Positions 49,654 to 60,873 of a stretch of DNA of 64,000 nucleotides are shown here, piece after piece (the stretch's first letter is position 1; the number at the start of each line of letters is the position of its first letter). Location of the stretch: contig OZ250169.1 of NCBI GenBank assembly GCA_965237955.1, positions 6,176,001-6,240,000 on the forward strand, in the 5' to 3' direction. This stretch comes from Candidatus Marinacidobacterales bacterium. Lineage in GTDB: Bacteria > Acidobacteriota > Vicinamibacteria > Marinacidobacterales > SMYC01. The translations under genes and the position numbers were made by a program. Under the pieces are notes generated by a model that saw only the letters and a list, made by a program, of their open reading frames with translations, was not told the DNA's origin and did no database searches.

Positions 49654-49845
49654 GAGCAGCGGGCCTCAGCGGCGCTGTGCTATACTCAGTCTGCGTCTTG
49701 GCGCATACCGATCTGCGCAGACTCTTCGTGGTAGCCTCCCTTCCGGATCTCCCCGAAACGAGCTCAACATTTTCAGAAATTTCAGCCTAGATCGGGCCCC
49801 GTGCCGTAGTGCCGGGCAGGCCGATTTAGGAGCAAACGTATTCGT

Positions 49846-51165
49846 ATGTCTTTCAACCAACTGGGCCTCTCTGTCGAGCTGCTACGTGCAGTCGACGCGC
49901 AAGGCTACAAACACCCGACACCCGTTCAGAGCCTCGCCATTCCTCCGATTCTGCTCGGCGGTGACCTCATGGCGCGCGCGCAAACCGGAACCGGTAAGAC
50001 GGCAGGATTCACCCTGCCGCTCCTGCAGCGGCTGAGCGAGTCGTCTCGCGGAGGGCGCCAAAAGCGTCACGTGCGCGCTCTCATCCTCACCCCGACGCGC
50101 GAGCTTGCCGCTCAAGTGCACGAGAGCGTCCGCGCGTACGGTCGCTATCTGCCTTTGTCCTCCACCGTCGTCTTTGGCGGCGTCGGCATTCGTCCGCAGA
50201 TCCAGGCGTTGAGGCGCGGTGTCGATGTGCTCGTGTCGACCCCGGGTCGACTTCTCGATCATCTCGGACAAAGGACCGCGGACCTCTCTCGCGTCGAGGT
50301 CCTCGTTCTCGATGAAGGGGACCGGATGCTCGACATGGGCTTTCTTCCCGATATCCGCAGGATTCTCGCGAAGATGCCCGCCGAGCGCCAGAACCTACTT
50401 TTCTCGGCCACGTTCCCGCGCGAGATCCGCGAGCTTGCCGATCGCCTCCTGAACGCGCCGAGCCGCATCGAGGTCGAGTCCGAGCAACCCACCGCGGACG
50501 GCGTGTCGCAGATCGTCCACCCGGTCGATCGTCAGAAAAAAAGCAAGCTTCTGAGCTTTCTCATCGGCTCCAACGACTGGAGCAAAGTGCTCGTCTTCGC
50601 GCGCACCAAGCGGGGAGCCGATCGGCTGACTCGACATCTGAAAGGCGACGGGATCCGCGCCGAGGCTATCCACAGCGACAAGACCCAAGGCGCCCGAACG
50701 CGTGCGCTGGCCGAGTTCAAGCGCGGGAAGATTCGCGTGCTCGTGGCGACGGACATCGCCGCGCGCGGACTCGACATCGACGACCTGCCTCACGTCGTGA
50801 ACTACGAGCTGCCCCACGTCGCCGAGGACTACGTGCACCGCATCGGGCGCACCGGGCGCGCGGGCCGCAAGGGTGACGCTGTCTCTCTCGTCTGCGCCGA
50901 TGAATCGAAACAGCTTCAGGGGATCGAGAGGCTGCTCGGTACCAAGATTGCGAAGACCGTGGTCGAGGGTTTTGCGCCGAGCGCGCAAGCGGCGAAGCCG
51001 GAGGGCAGTCGCACGCGACCGCGTCAGACCGCGGGGGGCCAAAAGCCCGGGTGGCGAGCACGCGGGTACCGTGGGACGAACGGACGACGGCGTGACGAGG
51101 GGCCCCGTGGCGGTCGATCGAATCGCCGACCTCGTTCTCGAGGGCGAACTCGAGTTGCGTCCTGA
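49846..51165 (+). CDS. rhlE: DEAD-box RNA helicase (RhlE-like)
   Basis: [18 protein letters not shown] variant of [20 protein letters not shown]; basic C-terminal tail; AGGAG RBS. Confidence 0.9.
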   Translation: MSFNQLGLSVELLRAVDAQGYKHPTPVQSLAIPPILLGGDLMARAQTGTGKTAGFTLPLLQRLSESSRGGRQKRHVRALILTPTRELAAQVHESVRAYGRYLPLSSTVVFGGVGIRPQIQALRRGVDVLVSTPGRLLDHLGQRTADLSRVEVLVLDEGDRMLDMGFLPDIRRILAKMPAERQNLLFSATFPREIRELADRLLNAPSRIEVESEQPTADGVSQIVHPVDRQKKSKLLSFLIGSNDWSKVLVFARTKRGADRLTRHLKGDGIRAEAIHSDKTQGARTRALAEFKRGKIRVLVATDIAARGLDIDDLPHVVNYELPHVAEDYVHRIGRTGRAGRKGDAVSLVCADESKQLQGIERLLGTKIAKTVVEGFAPSAQAAKPEGSRTRPRQTAGGQKPGWRARGYRGTNGRRRDEGPRGGRSNRRPRSRGRTRVAS

Positions 51166-51173
51166 CGAATGAC

Positions 51174-53804
51174 TTACTCGTCCCACACGACATCCATGAC
51201 CCAGATGTCGCCGAGCGTCTCCTCCCAGGTGAAATAGAGGTACTCGCCGTCGGTCGCAAGGGAGGCCTTGCTTCCCAGCTTTTCGGATAGGTCCGCGACG
51301 AGTCGTTCTCTGCGATCTTCGAAGGTGACGGCCCAAATTTCGTTTTGCCCGGGCCGCGGAAATAGACGGTCTTGCCATCCGGAGCCCAACGCGGAAAGAA
51401 ACCTTGTTGCCGCCCGGTGAGCCGCTCGGGCTCACCGCCGGTCGCCGCGACTAGCCAAATGTGACGGCGACCATCTCTGAACGAAGAGAACGCAATCCAT
51501 CGGCCGTCCGGCGACCATGCAGGCGTGGTGTCGGTGCCCGCAGAATCGGTCAGCGGTCTCTGGTCGTCACCCGTAGCGGACATGACCCAGATGTCGTGGT
51601 TCCCATCGCGGTGCGACGTATAGACAATGCGCTCACCATCGGGAGACCAAGAAGGCGTGGTGTCTCCGCCTGTGTGAGTCGTAAGCTGCCGAACCAGCCC
51701 GCCGCCACTGGGGACGACAAAAATGTCACGGTTGCCGGCCCGGTTGGAGTAGAAGGCAATATCCTCTCCGTCTGGCGACCACGCCGGCTTCCAGTCAGGC
51801 AACGGATCGTTCGTGACCGGCCGCGTCTCACCGCCTTTGGCTGGGAGCGTCCACAAATCCACGAATCCGCTCCGGTTCGAGTTTACGACGAGTCGCCGAC
51901 CATCGCGCGAGATATCCAAAAACTCGACGTAGGCCTGGTCGAAGGTAAGCTGCTCCGCGTCCGACGACGTCGCCGCACGATCCGGGAAAATCGGAACGCG
52001 CCAGACGTTCGCGAAATGGTCGGTCTTGGAGTAAGCGGTCCTCGTTCCGTCCGCCAGGAAAGACACCGACCAGATGCCGAGCCCTGTCGTGACCGGCTCG
52101 GGATCTCCTTTGGGCGTGGCGTCTTCATTCAGCTCTTGCATCCACAGATCCCTAGTTCCGCCGCGATTGGAGACGTAGAACAGAGACTTCCCGTCGCTGG
52201 ACCAATGTGGACTCCAAACTTGCGTCGTCCCATCGGTTATCGGAATCGACTCCGCAGAAAGGCTCGTAATCCAAAGACGCGTCGTTTCCGCCGTTGAGGT
52301 GATCGCGTCGATGTAGGCGAACAAACGCCCGTCCGGCGACCAGGTCAAACCCATCGGCCGATACTGTCCCTGTAGCGGCAAGCGCTCGACCTCTTGGCTG
52401 GTCAGCGTCAAGATATCGACGAACCGGCTTTGCTGATCGACGCCGGGGCAAGCGAGCTGAGAGCCATCGGAAGACCATGTCGGGCCTCCCGGGACCGTAG
52501 ACGGCAGAGCAACGACACGCCGTGGTGTCCCCCCGAGGGCCGACATCAGAAAGCAGCCGCCGCCGTCGCGCACCGACTTGAACGCAATCTGGCTTCCGTC
52601 AGGAGACCAGCTGGGCGCGAAGTCTCTCCCGGTGAAGTCTTCGGTCAAGTTGACCGCCGGCCCGCCGCTCACCTGGCTCACCCAGATGTCCGGGTTCCCG
52701 CTTTGATCCGACATGTAGGCGATTCTTCCACCTTCGGGCGACCAGGTCGGATCGATCTCGGATCCGATAGCGGACGTCACCTGGACGGGGTTCGTGAGAC
52801 GCGGAACGTTTCTGTGAGGCGGCGACCAGAAAAGTGCTCCCAAAACAGCTCCTGCGACCACCAAGACGGCCGCCCCAGCGAAAAATCGAACCCGAGACGA
52901 GCCGCCCGGTCGCGCAGACACGGCCACATCACTGGCTTGAAGCTCTCCCGTGCTGAGCGCTTCTTTGAGCTCCTCGAGCTCGTTGCGGACGTCCTTGCAC
53001 GTCTGGAAGCGCCGCTCCGGGTCTTTAGCGAGGCAACGGCGCAGAAGCTTGGCCAGATCCAGCGGTATCGAAGGCTTCAGATCCGATGCCGATTGCGGAG
53101 TGTCCTTGATGATCGCCGAGAGCGTCGACGCCGGCGTATCGCCATGGAATGGGCGCTGTCCCGTCAACATTTCATAAAAGAGGATGCCGAGCGAGAAGAT
53201 GTCGGATCGCTCATCGACGTGTTTGCCTTCCGCCTGCTCCGGCGACATGTAGCTCACCGTCCCCAGGATGCGCCCCTCCTCGGTCATGTGCTGCGTGGGA
53301 AGATCGCTGTCGTTCGCCGCGGAAGCGAACCCCGCTTTGGGCTTAAGCGAGGCCGAAGTCGAGCACTTTCACCCGGCCGTCGTCGCTCAGCATGACATTG
53401 TCCGGCTTCAAGTCCCGATGGGTGATGCCTTCTTGATGGGCGGCCGCGACGGCGTCCGCGAGCGGGATCGTGATTTCGAGGAACTTGCTGAGAGCGAAAC
53501 TGTTTTGGGGCTGAAGCTCGGAGAGCATCTTTCCGCGCACGAGCTCCATCGTCATGAAGTGAACGCCGTCCGCCTCTTCGACCGAGTACACGGTGACGAT
53601 GTTCGGGTGATTGAGCGCGGCAATCGCGCGGGCTTCGCGCTTGAAGCGCGCCCGCCGCTCTTCGCTCTCGGCCATCTCCGACGGCAAGACTTTGAGTGCG
53701 ACCTTGCGTCCGAGCTCCGTGTCCTCGGCGACATAGACGTCGCCCATCCCGCCCGAGCCGAGCTTTTCGAGGATCTTGTAATGCGACAGCGTGGTACCGA
53801 TCAC
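51174..53804 (-). CDS. Ser/Thr kinase with TM and TolB-like PD40 beta-propeller, frameshifted (about 53340 and 51350)
   Basis: LGSGGMGDVY, HRDLKPDN, DFGLA / GTVSYMSPEQ, many WSPDG repeats / ETLGDIWVMD. Confidence 0.9.
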
Positions 53805-53838
53805 AACGCGCCGTCCTTTCGGATGGAGACGCGCGATT

Positions 53839-54963
53839 CTAAGCCACTATGAAGTTTCGTTCAACATCGTTGTTTCGATGCTCGACTCCGTCCACAGCGA
53901 GTTCAAGTGTGGGTGACGGCTCACGCACACGGTCCGCTGAACGCCGGTACTGGTCCATCTTCTCTTTGCCATAGTCCAGCTCAGCCATGTAGGCGTTGTG
54001 CTGCGCGCACATCAATCGAATATTGTTCGCGCTTCGATCGCCACCAAGGCCATAGGGCTCGTCGTGATGGAACTCCAGGCCCTCGCGCGCCGGGCAGCGC
54101 CTGCCGTCAGCGGTTGAAAACGTACATTGACCGCCATCGCGTTCCCACACGAAGCGCCTCACCGGTGCGGAGATACCGCGCACGCCGGGCGACGTGTCGG
54201 CCTCTTCGAGGCTCTTTCTCGGCTTGTTCGTCTTGCCAAAGCGCTTGGCTTCGAGCCGGTCGAGTTTCTCAGTCACGGCCGCTTCGACGATGGAAGCGAG
54301 GTCGTTGCCGGGCATGAGCGCGGTGAGGCGTTCGAGCTTGCCGCGGAGCTCGGCGCTCGCGGTGAACTGTACTCGGTAACGCGCAGGTGCCAACGGCTCG
54401 ATCACTGGCGGCTTAGCAGGTGCTTCCGGCGCAGAAGATGGCGGAGGAGCCGGACAATCCCGCCTAACTCCAGACGGACGGAGTTCGTTCGTAGGTTGTG
54501 TCGTGGGCTTCGCCTTCCGCGCTGGAAGCTTGCGCATCACCGACGGAACATCCGGCTTCGGCGCAATCTCGGCCACCAGCTCGAGGATCTCGCGTTTGGT
54601 CTTGTGGGTCGCTCGAGCTAAGAGCTCATCGCAATTCTCGTCCGTTAGATGCGGTGCCAGCTCAACGATGCCGCTCAAGTGCAGGCGTCCGTCCGCAAGC
54701 ATTGTCAGCAGCATCGGATGTCTCCGCGACGCACGAGCGACGCCTATCCGCAGATAGGCCTCTGCCTTCGGCAAGTGCAACTCATCGACGCAGTACTGAA
54801 ACATCGAGGGCGACGCTTCTCTCGTGAACAGTCGACGCGCGTCGACTTCGGCGATGTGTGCGACGAGCTCGGACTCGACGCGTCGTGACTGTTTCAAAAC
54901 ATCCGACAGTCGACGGAGTAGTTCGTCATCCGATAGCGGTTTCAATTCTTGCATTTTCTTCAT
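53839..54963 (-). CDS. DUF222-like + HNH endonuclease protein
   Basis: LVAHIAEVDARRL..SMFQYC; RRFVWERDGGQC...C...LEFHH..P..GG...NIRLMCAQHN. Confidence 0.85.
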   Translation of the reverse strand: MKKMQELKPLSDDELLRRLSDVLKQSRRVESELVAHIAEVDARRLFTREASPSMFQYCVDELHLPKAEAYLRIGVARASRRHPMLLTMLADGRLHLSGIVELAPHLTDENCDELLARATHKTKREILELVAEIAPKPDVPSVMRKLPARKAKPTTQPTNELRPSGVRRDCPAPPPSSAPEAPAKPPVIEPLAPARYRVQFTASAELRGKLERLTALMPGNDLASIVEAAVTEKLDRLEAKRFGKTNKPRKSLEEADTSPGVRGISAPVRRFVWERDGGQCTFSTADGRRCPAREGLEFHHDEPYGLGGDRSANNIRLMCAQHNAYMAELDYGKEKMDQYRRSADRVREPSPTLELAVDGVEHRNNDVERNFIVA

Positions 54964-55454
54964 GTGCTTCTTATAACATGGACTTTTTCTACGCTCTGAG
55001 CTTGCGCGTGTTGAGCGTAAACAGGTCGAGAGACTTTCGGAGTCTTCCAGGCAAACGAACGCGCTTGTCGCTTCTCTATCGCGCTTAGAGGCGCATCACA
55101 GATCACGCCCGCGATTTGTTGCGAGTGGCTTCGAAAAAGCTTGTCAAGCAAAAAGAGGGGTCCGGACCGGGTACATTGGTGACAAAACAGACCGGCGACA
55201 TGGGTGACAATCCCTTTACCAGGGAGGTGGCCGATGCCGTGGGACGAGACGAATTGCATGAATGAACGAGTGAGATTCATCGCTGCGCGCCTTGAAGCTG
55301 GGGAGTGTTAGCGGCGGGCGTAAATTGCACACTTATGGCGGGCGAAAATTGCACACTCGGCCATCCGTAAAAGGAGGCCGTTGTCGTGTGTCTGGAGTGC
55401 CAGACATGACGGCGCGCCTTCAATCAGAATGGCGTTTCCGGAGTGGAGGCGCCG

Positions 55455-56498
55455 ATGTACGGAAGGGAGAAACGAGTGTTACTACGAGAGTATTTGGAGC
55501 AGGGAATCAAGAAGGCGGCGCTAGCAGACAAGCTAGGAATCAGCCGCCGAACGGTCCACCACTGGATAAAGACGGGTCAACTGGACCGAGAGTTGGACGA
55601 GGAAACGGTGCGCTACAAGAAGCGTCCGCGGATCGAGCGCAGGATCGACCCGTACCGGGAGATCCTTCATTCGCGCCTGCACGAGTTCCCGGAGCTGAGT
55701 TCAGTACGCCTGCATGATGAGATCCGTGCCGCGGGCTATGAAGGCGGCTACACGCAGGTCAAGGAGTACGTGCGGCAGATTCGCCCACAGCCACCGGCGG
55801 AGCCGCTGGTGCGTTTCGAGACCCCACCAGGCCACCAAGCTCAGGTCGATTTTGCACACTTTCGTTTGCCATGGGGTCGTCGGTGGGCACTTCTCGTGGT
55901 GCTCGGATACTCGAGGCTGCTATGGCTTCGGTTTTTCAAGCGACAGGACATGCGGACGTTGTTCGCGGGGCTTGAGCAGGCCTTCCTATTTTTTGGAGGA
56001 GTTCCCAAAGAGCTCCTTTTTGACCAGATGCGTTCGGTCATCGTCGAGGATCACCGCCGGGAAGGTGGCCCTCTCGTTGAGAACCCAGAGTTCGTCCGCT
56101 TCGCCCACCACTGGGAGTTTCGAACAAGAGCGTGTCGCCCGTATCGGGCGAAGACCAAGGGCAAAGTGGAAAGGCCAATCCGCTATGTGAGAGGAAGCTT
56201 CTTCTACGGTCGCCACTTTATCAACGATGACGACCTCGATGCTCAGCTCGAGCGTTGGCTGAGTGACGTCGCCAACGTCCGACTCCATCGCACAACCAAC
56301 GAACGACCGATAGAACGATTCGCGCGCGATGAAAGGGCCACTCTGAGACCGCTCGTTGAGCGGCCATATCGCTCTCTTGTACTGCCAAACCAACCCGCGA
56401 GAAGAACTCCAAAAGCCTGCTTAACCACACTGCCTTCGATGGATGTCGAGCATCGTCCCCTCGAAGTCTACACGCGGCTCGTTGGAGGTGGACAATGA
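55455..56498 (+). CDS. istA: IS21 transposase
   Basis: RFETPPGHQAQVDF, LGYSR, LFDQM, CRPYRAKTKGKVER. Confidence 0.95.
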   Translation: MYGREKRVLLREYLEQGIKKAALADKLGISRRTVHHWIKTGQLDRELDEETVRYKKRPRIERRIDPYREILHSRLHEFPELSSVRLHDEIRAAGYEGGYTQVKEYVRQIRPQPPAEPLVRFETPPGHQAQVDFAHFRLPWGRRWALLVVLGYSRLLWLRFFKRQDMRTLFAGLEQAFLFFGGVPKELLFDQMRSVIVEDHRREGGPLVENPEFVRFAHHWEFRTRACRPYRAKTKGKVERPIRYVRGSFFYGRHFINDDDLDAQLERWLSDVANVRLHRTTNERPIERFARDERATLRPLVERPYRSLVLPNQPARRTPKACLTTLPSMDVEHRPLEVYTRLVGGGQ

Positions 56499-57334
56499 AG
56501 GCGAGCACAATATCGCGACGTGAGCAGATCCGTACGATGCTGGCCGACCTAAAGATGCCTGGCGCGCTCGAAGCTGTCGACCGCGTACTATCTGATGCCG
56601 ATGGCGGTGCGGTCACAACGGCGGAGGCCATCGAGAACCTTCTTGGAGCGCAGATCACGTTGAGAAACAACCGTCGTCTCCAAGCGGCGATGCGCTCCTC
56701 ACGACTCCCCGCGGTCAAAACAATCGATGAGTTCGATTTTTCGTTCCAGCCATCGATCAAACGCGAGCAGATTGAGAACCTTCACGAGCTCGGGTTCGTT
56801 GAACGTAAGGAGAACGTCGTCTTATTGGGACCTCCTGGTGTGGGCAAAACTCATCTCGCGATTAGTCTTGCCATCGCCGCTGCCCAGAATGGACGGCGCG
56901 TCTATTACGGCACCCTGGCTGAGCTCATCACCTCCCTCGAAGAGGCTCGTGACGCGGGCCGCCTCACTCGTCGACTCGCGGTTCTCAGTTATCCGTCACT
57001 GCTTGTTGTCGATGAAATCGGATACCTACCCGTCACCCAGACCGGCGCGGTGCTTTTTTTCCAGCTCATAAGTAGGCGATACGAGCGCGCTTCGACCGTG
57101 CTCACCTCTAACAAAAGTTTCGAGGAATGGGGCGAGATCCTTGGCGACGAAGTCATGGCCGCCGCTCTCATCGACCGCATTCTGCACCACTGCCACCTCG
57201 TCAACATCCGAGGAAACAGTTACCGCATGAGAGAGCACTCCGAACTGTGGCGAGCGCTCCATCCGGCGGGTTCGGACGAACCTCACCCGCCGGCTAAATC
57301 TCATAGGAAATACACGGAGGCGACGGCGTCATAG
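56495..57334 (+). CDS. istB: IS21 helper ATPase
   Basis: FDFSFQP, GPPGVGKTHLA, VDEIGY, RRYE, DRILHH, SYR. Confidence 0.96.
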   Translation: MKASTISRREQIRTMLADLKMPGALEAVDRVLSDADGGAVTTAEAIENLLGAQITLRNNRRLQAAMRSSRLPAVKTIDEFDFSFQPSIKREQIENLHELGFVERKENVVLLGPPGVGKTHLAISLAIAAAQNGRRVYYGTLAELITSLEEARDAGRLTRRLAVLSYPSLLVVDEIGYLPVTQTGAVLFFQLISRRYERASTVLTSNKSFEEWGEILGDEVMAAALIDRILHHCHLVNIRGNSYRMREHSELWRALHPAGSDEPHPPAKSHRKYTEATAS

Positions 57335-58818
57335 GGTTCGCCACCCATGGCTCGGGTGTGCAATTTTCATCCGCCATGAATGCGCAGTTTTCGGCCGGCG
57401 TTGACACCTTGAAGCTGGGGAGCCGTTCAGTGCCCTGTGCGAACGGTTTGGGGTGAGCCGAAAGACTGGCTACAAGTGGGTCGAACGTTACGAGTTGGAT
57501 GGGGTCGCAGGTCTGGAAGAGCGTTCTCGCGCCCCTTTGTCGCATCCTCACGCTGTCGCGGACGACGTGGTGGAAAAGATTCTGAGAGCCCGGAAGAAAC
57601 ACCCGCGTTGGGGACCGCGCAAGTTGCGTGTCATCCTGCAACGGCACTATCCGCAGCTCGCGCTGCCGGCGACGAGCACGATCGGAGAGGTTCTGCGTAA
57701 GAATGGGCTCATCCAGAAGCGGCGGCGGATACGCCGAAGCTCTCCGTATGGCGATCGTCTGGGCGACTACGGGAGCCCCAATGCGGTGTGGTGTGCCGAC
57801 TTCAAGGGACATTTTCCGGTTGCAGGGGAGCGTTGTCACCCCTTGACCGTGAGCGACGGATGCAGTCGCTATTTATTTGCCTGTCAGGGTCTTCACCGGC
57901 CATTGTTCAAGCCGACACGGAAGATATTCGAATCGGTATTTCGAGCATACGGTCTGCCGGACGCGATTCGAACCGACAACGGAGCGCCGTTCTCGACTCT
58001 TGCGCCAGGAGGACTGTCCAGACTTGCTGTTTGGTGGATTCGTCTCGGAATCCGTCCTGAGCGGATTCAGCCCGGCCGACCCGATCAAAACGGAAGACAT
58101 GAACGGATGCACAGCACCTTGAAGTCAGAGACGGCTAAACCGCCCCGAGCGAGCTTTCGAGCACAGCAACGGGCATTCGATCGGTTCCGGGAGGAATACA
58201 ACGAAATCCGCCCGCATGAGGCACTTGGTCAGGAGGTTCCTGCATCTCGCTATCAGCCCTCGAACCGCCCCTACCCTCGTCAGCTCCCGCAAATCGAATA
58301 CCCGGAGCACTTCTACGTCGCTCAAACCTATCCCAACGGAATGATCTCTTTTGAGTCCAAGCAGTGGTACATAAGCAGCTGTCTAAAGTCAGAGCGCGTC
58401 GGTCTCGAGCAAGTCGATGACGACCGGTGGAAGGTTCACTTCGGTCCCGTCCCTCTCGGGATTCTCGATGTTCGAAACGCCAGGGACCGTGGATATCGCG
58501 CCTTTGGGCTTCTAGTTTCTCCCGAACGACGAAGCAAGAGGCCATACAAAAGACGAGGCCCGAAATGATCTCGAAGAGAATCCACGACACCGCAAACTGT
58601 TACCTATGTGCCCGGTCTGTTTCGTTACCGATGTAGGCGGTTGCACAAGGTTCGTTTTTTCGAAGCGTTGTTTTTCTTTCTTGCGAAGTCGCAGAACTCC
58701 GTCTGGACGGAGTTGACTCGCGCTTCGCCGTCGCGACACCGTGCCGTCCAGTCTCTCGCAACGAAGCGCGCCGCAATGAAGGGGCGATGGCCAGACGACA
58801 TCCCGCCGAGCAGCGGAC

Positions 58819-59088
58819 CTAGTAGTCATGCCGCTTCCGCACGACGTAGCAGCGCTGGTAATGCCCGCGCGCGGTTCGGTGCACGTGCCAGTAGCGGTCG
58901 TGCCGGCGGTGTGGTGTGAAGTGATGCGCGCCGCCGAAATAGCGGCACTGGACCAAATGGTTGCAGTCGAGGCGATGATAGTGGCGATACTCGAGCCGTG
59001 GTGGGGGCGGGGCTTCGTGGTAGCCGTGGTGGTGCCCGCAGGCCGAAAGGCATCCAAACGCGATCACCGCGCGCAGAACGTTGCGCAT
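58819..59088 (-). CDS. Small His-rich putative lipoprotein
   Basis: GGAGG RBS, lipobox LSAC, 15 His in the mature part. Confidence 0.6.
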   Translation of the reverse strand: MRNVLRAVIAFGCLSACGHHHGYHEAPPPPRLEYRHYHRLDCNHLVQCRYFGGAHHFTPHRRHDRYWHVHRTARGHYQRCYVVRKRHDY

Positions 59089-59190
59089 GACAACCTCCCC
59101 AGCGACGGCTGCTCAGGGATATAGCAAAACGCGTGCCGGAAGTAGTCCCCGCGCAACGGAGAGAATTGTCTCCGCGGGGAGACAACGCTG

Positions 59191-60084
59191 TCACGATTTG
59201 GGCGAAGTGGACTTCGCTCTCGGATGGTGCTGGTCGTAGATCCGTCGTAGCCGTTCGCGACTGACGTGGGTATAAATCTGCGTCGTTCCGATGTTCGAAT
59301 GCCCGAGCATCAACTGTAGGCTCCGGAGGTCCGCGCCGCGCTCGAGAAGGTGGGTTGCGAACGAGTGCCGGACGACGTGAGGCGACAGCGGCCGGTCGAT
59401 GCCAGCCCGTTTGCCGCAGCTCTTGAGAATCTGAAAAAAGCGCTGCCGCGTCATCGCCTTTCCGAGACGGCTGAGAAAGAACGCATCGGTCGTTTTACGT
59501 ACGAGCTCGAGCCGCCCCTCTCGCAGGTAACGCTCGAGCCACTTCTTCGCGGAACGTCCGAAGGGAACGATGCGCTCCTTACGTCCTTTGCCTTCGCACA
59601 CGAGGTAGCCGACATCGAAATTGAAATCGCCGCGCTCAAGTGCGATGAGCTCCGACACGCGCAGCCCGGTCGCATAGAGAAGCTCGAGCATGGCGCGGTC
59701 CCTCAATCCTTCCGGGGTGGTGACATCGGACACTTCGAGAACGCGCTCAACCTCGTCGAGACTGAGATAGCGCGGAAGGTTCCGATGAAGCCGCGCGGTC
59801 TCGATCTGCTCCGCCGGATCGCTTCGCATGTGACCCTCCGACGCCGCGAACTTATAAAGTCCCCGAACGGCCGACGTCGTGCGGCCGATCGAGCGGAGCG
59901 AAAGCCCGTAGCGATGAAGATCGCGCAGGAACTCGCGGAGGTCGGTCGCGCTGAGCGAGGTCAGCGCCCGGCGGCGCTTTTTCGCGAATGCCTCGAGCTT
60001 CGCGATGTCACGCCGGTAGGCTTTGAGCGTATTGGGCGCAAGTCCCCGTTCGACCTCGAGATAGTGAAAAAACGATTCCTTCAA
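59191..60084 (-). CDS. xerD: Tyrosine recombinase XerD
   Basis: ERGLAPNT, RDRAMLELLYATGLRVSEL, GKGRKERIVP, SPHVVRHSFATHLL, TTQIYTHV. Confidence 0.93.
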   Translation of the reverse strand: MKESFFHYLEVERGLAPNTLKAYRRDIAKLEAFAKKRRRALTSLSATDLREFLRDLHRYGLSLRSIGRTTSAVRGLYKFAASEGHMRSDPAEQIETARLHRNLPRYLSLDEVERVLEVSDVTTPEGLRDRAMLELLYATGLRVSELIALERGDFNFDVGYLVCEGKGRKERIVPFGRSAKKWLERYLREGRLELVRKTTDAFFLSRLGKAMTRQRFFQILKSCGKRAGIDRPLSPHVVRHSFATHLLERGADLRSLQLMLGHSNIGTTQIYTHVSRERLRRIYDQHHPRAKSTSPKS

Positions 60085-60872
60085 AAGCGGACCGTGATTC
60101 CGAAGTATTGCCCCCTCAGCCGATAGATCGCGCGCGACGCCGGTTCGTCCTCCTTGAAACGATTGTACGAGTTCCGATAGCCGTACGAGAACGCCAGATT
60201 CGGAATCGCGTTGTACGTAACCGAAGTATCGAAATCGGTCATCACGCCGATGGCCTCACGCTTCATCCCCAACCCCTCCACGGAGACCGCGAGGGCGGGC
60301 GTCAGGTAGATACGCGTCTTGAGACCGAACAGCGGAAGGCTCATCCGCAGAGGCGGGATCGTAGTATCCGCGTCATTGGATTGGTACGCGTTGTTCGCCT
60401 CCAATCGCGCCCACTCGCCTATTACGGCGAGCCATCCGTACTCCCCGCGTAGGAGGTCGAACTCCACCCCGCCTCGCCTCTGCTCGAGCTCGAGAAACGA
60501 CGTTACCACGTTACCCGACGCGTAGAAATCGCCGTCGATGATCAACGCCTGATTCGTCACCGTGTCGGCGTTGTAGGTCACCTTGAACCAGTTGACGCGG
60601 ATACGTAGTCGCTTTACCACCCGAACGCCGAAGTGGAAGTCGAAGAGACGCTCGGCGGGGAGCCCGAGATCGGCAACAGGATCGAAATCGCTCCCGAGTG
60701 TGCCGGGAACGGAGAATCGCAGCTCGGAAACGAGAGCGGAGCGCCATCGCCGAATATCGATCTCTACCCTGCTCTGCTCCCCCATGTTGAGACTGGGTCG
60801 GCGCGCTTGGGCGAAAGCGCTCGTCGCGGAAACAACGAGGAGTAAAACCCATAACCCGTGGATCGCTTTCAT
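60081..60872 (-). CDS. Outer-membrane beta-barrel protein
   Basis: Signal peptide, amphipathic strands, C-terminal GQYFGITVRF. Confidence 0.72.
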   Translation of the reverse strand: MKAIHGLWVLLLVVSATSAFAQARRPSLNMGEQSRVEIDIRRWRSALVSELRFSVPGTLGSDFDPVADLGLPAERLFDFHFGVRVVKRLRIRVNWFKVTYNADTVTNQALIIDGDFYASGNVVTSFLELEQRRGGVEFDLLRGEYGWLAVIGEWARLEANNAYQSNDADTTIPPLRMSLPLFGLKTRIYLTPALAVSVEGLGMKREAIGVMTDFDTSVTYNAIPNLAFSYGYRNSYNRFKEDEPASRAIYRLRGQYFGITVRF

Positions 60873-60873
60873 T

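Larger units (their letters stand above)
55306..57406 (+). mobile_element. IS21-family element, 2101 bp, flanked by a 16-bp direct repeat
   Basis: TGTTAGCG...CGTTGACA ends, repeated ggcgggcg.aaattgcacac subterminal boxes, ccttgaagctggggag on both sides. Confidence 0.95.
55234..58568 (+). pseudogene. IS481 transposase split by IS21
   Basis: MPWDETNCMNERVRFIAARLEAGE (55234-55305) resumes at 57423 with PFSALCERFGVSRKTGYKW; WCADFKG, IRTDNG, QNGRHERMH. Confidence 0.9.
55159..58647 (+). mobile_element. IS481-family element interrupted by IS21
   Basis: About 50-bp imperfect terminal IRs (tacattggtgacaaaacagaccggcgacatgggtgaca vs tgttacctatgtgcccggtctgtttcgttaccgatgta...gcaca). Confidence 0.88.

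Noticed and set aside
59191-60084. XerD as the integrase of the 26-36 kb island
   Set aside because: Canonical housekeeping XerD in an operon with murJ, more than 20 kb away.
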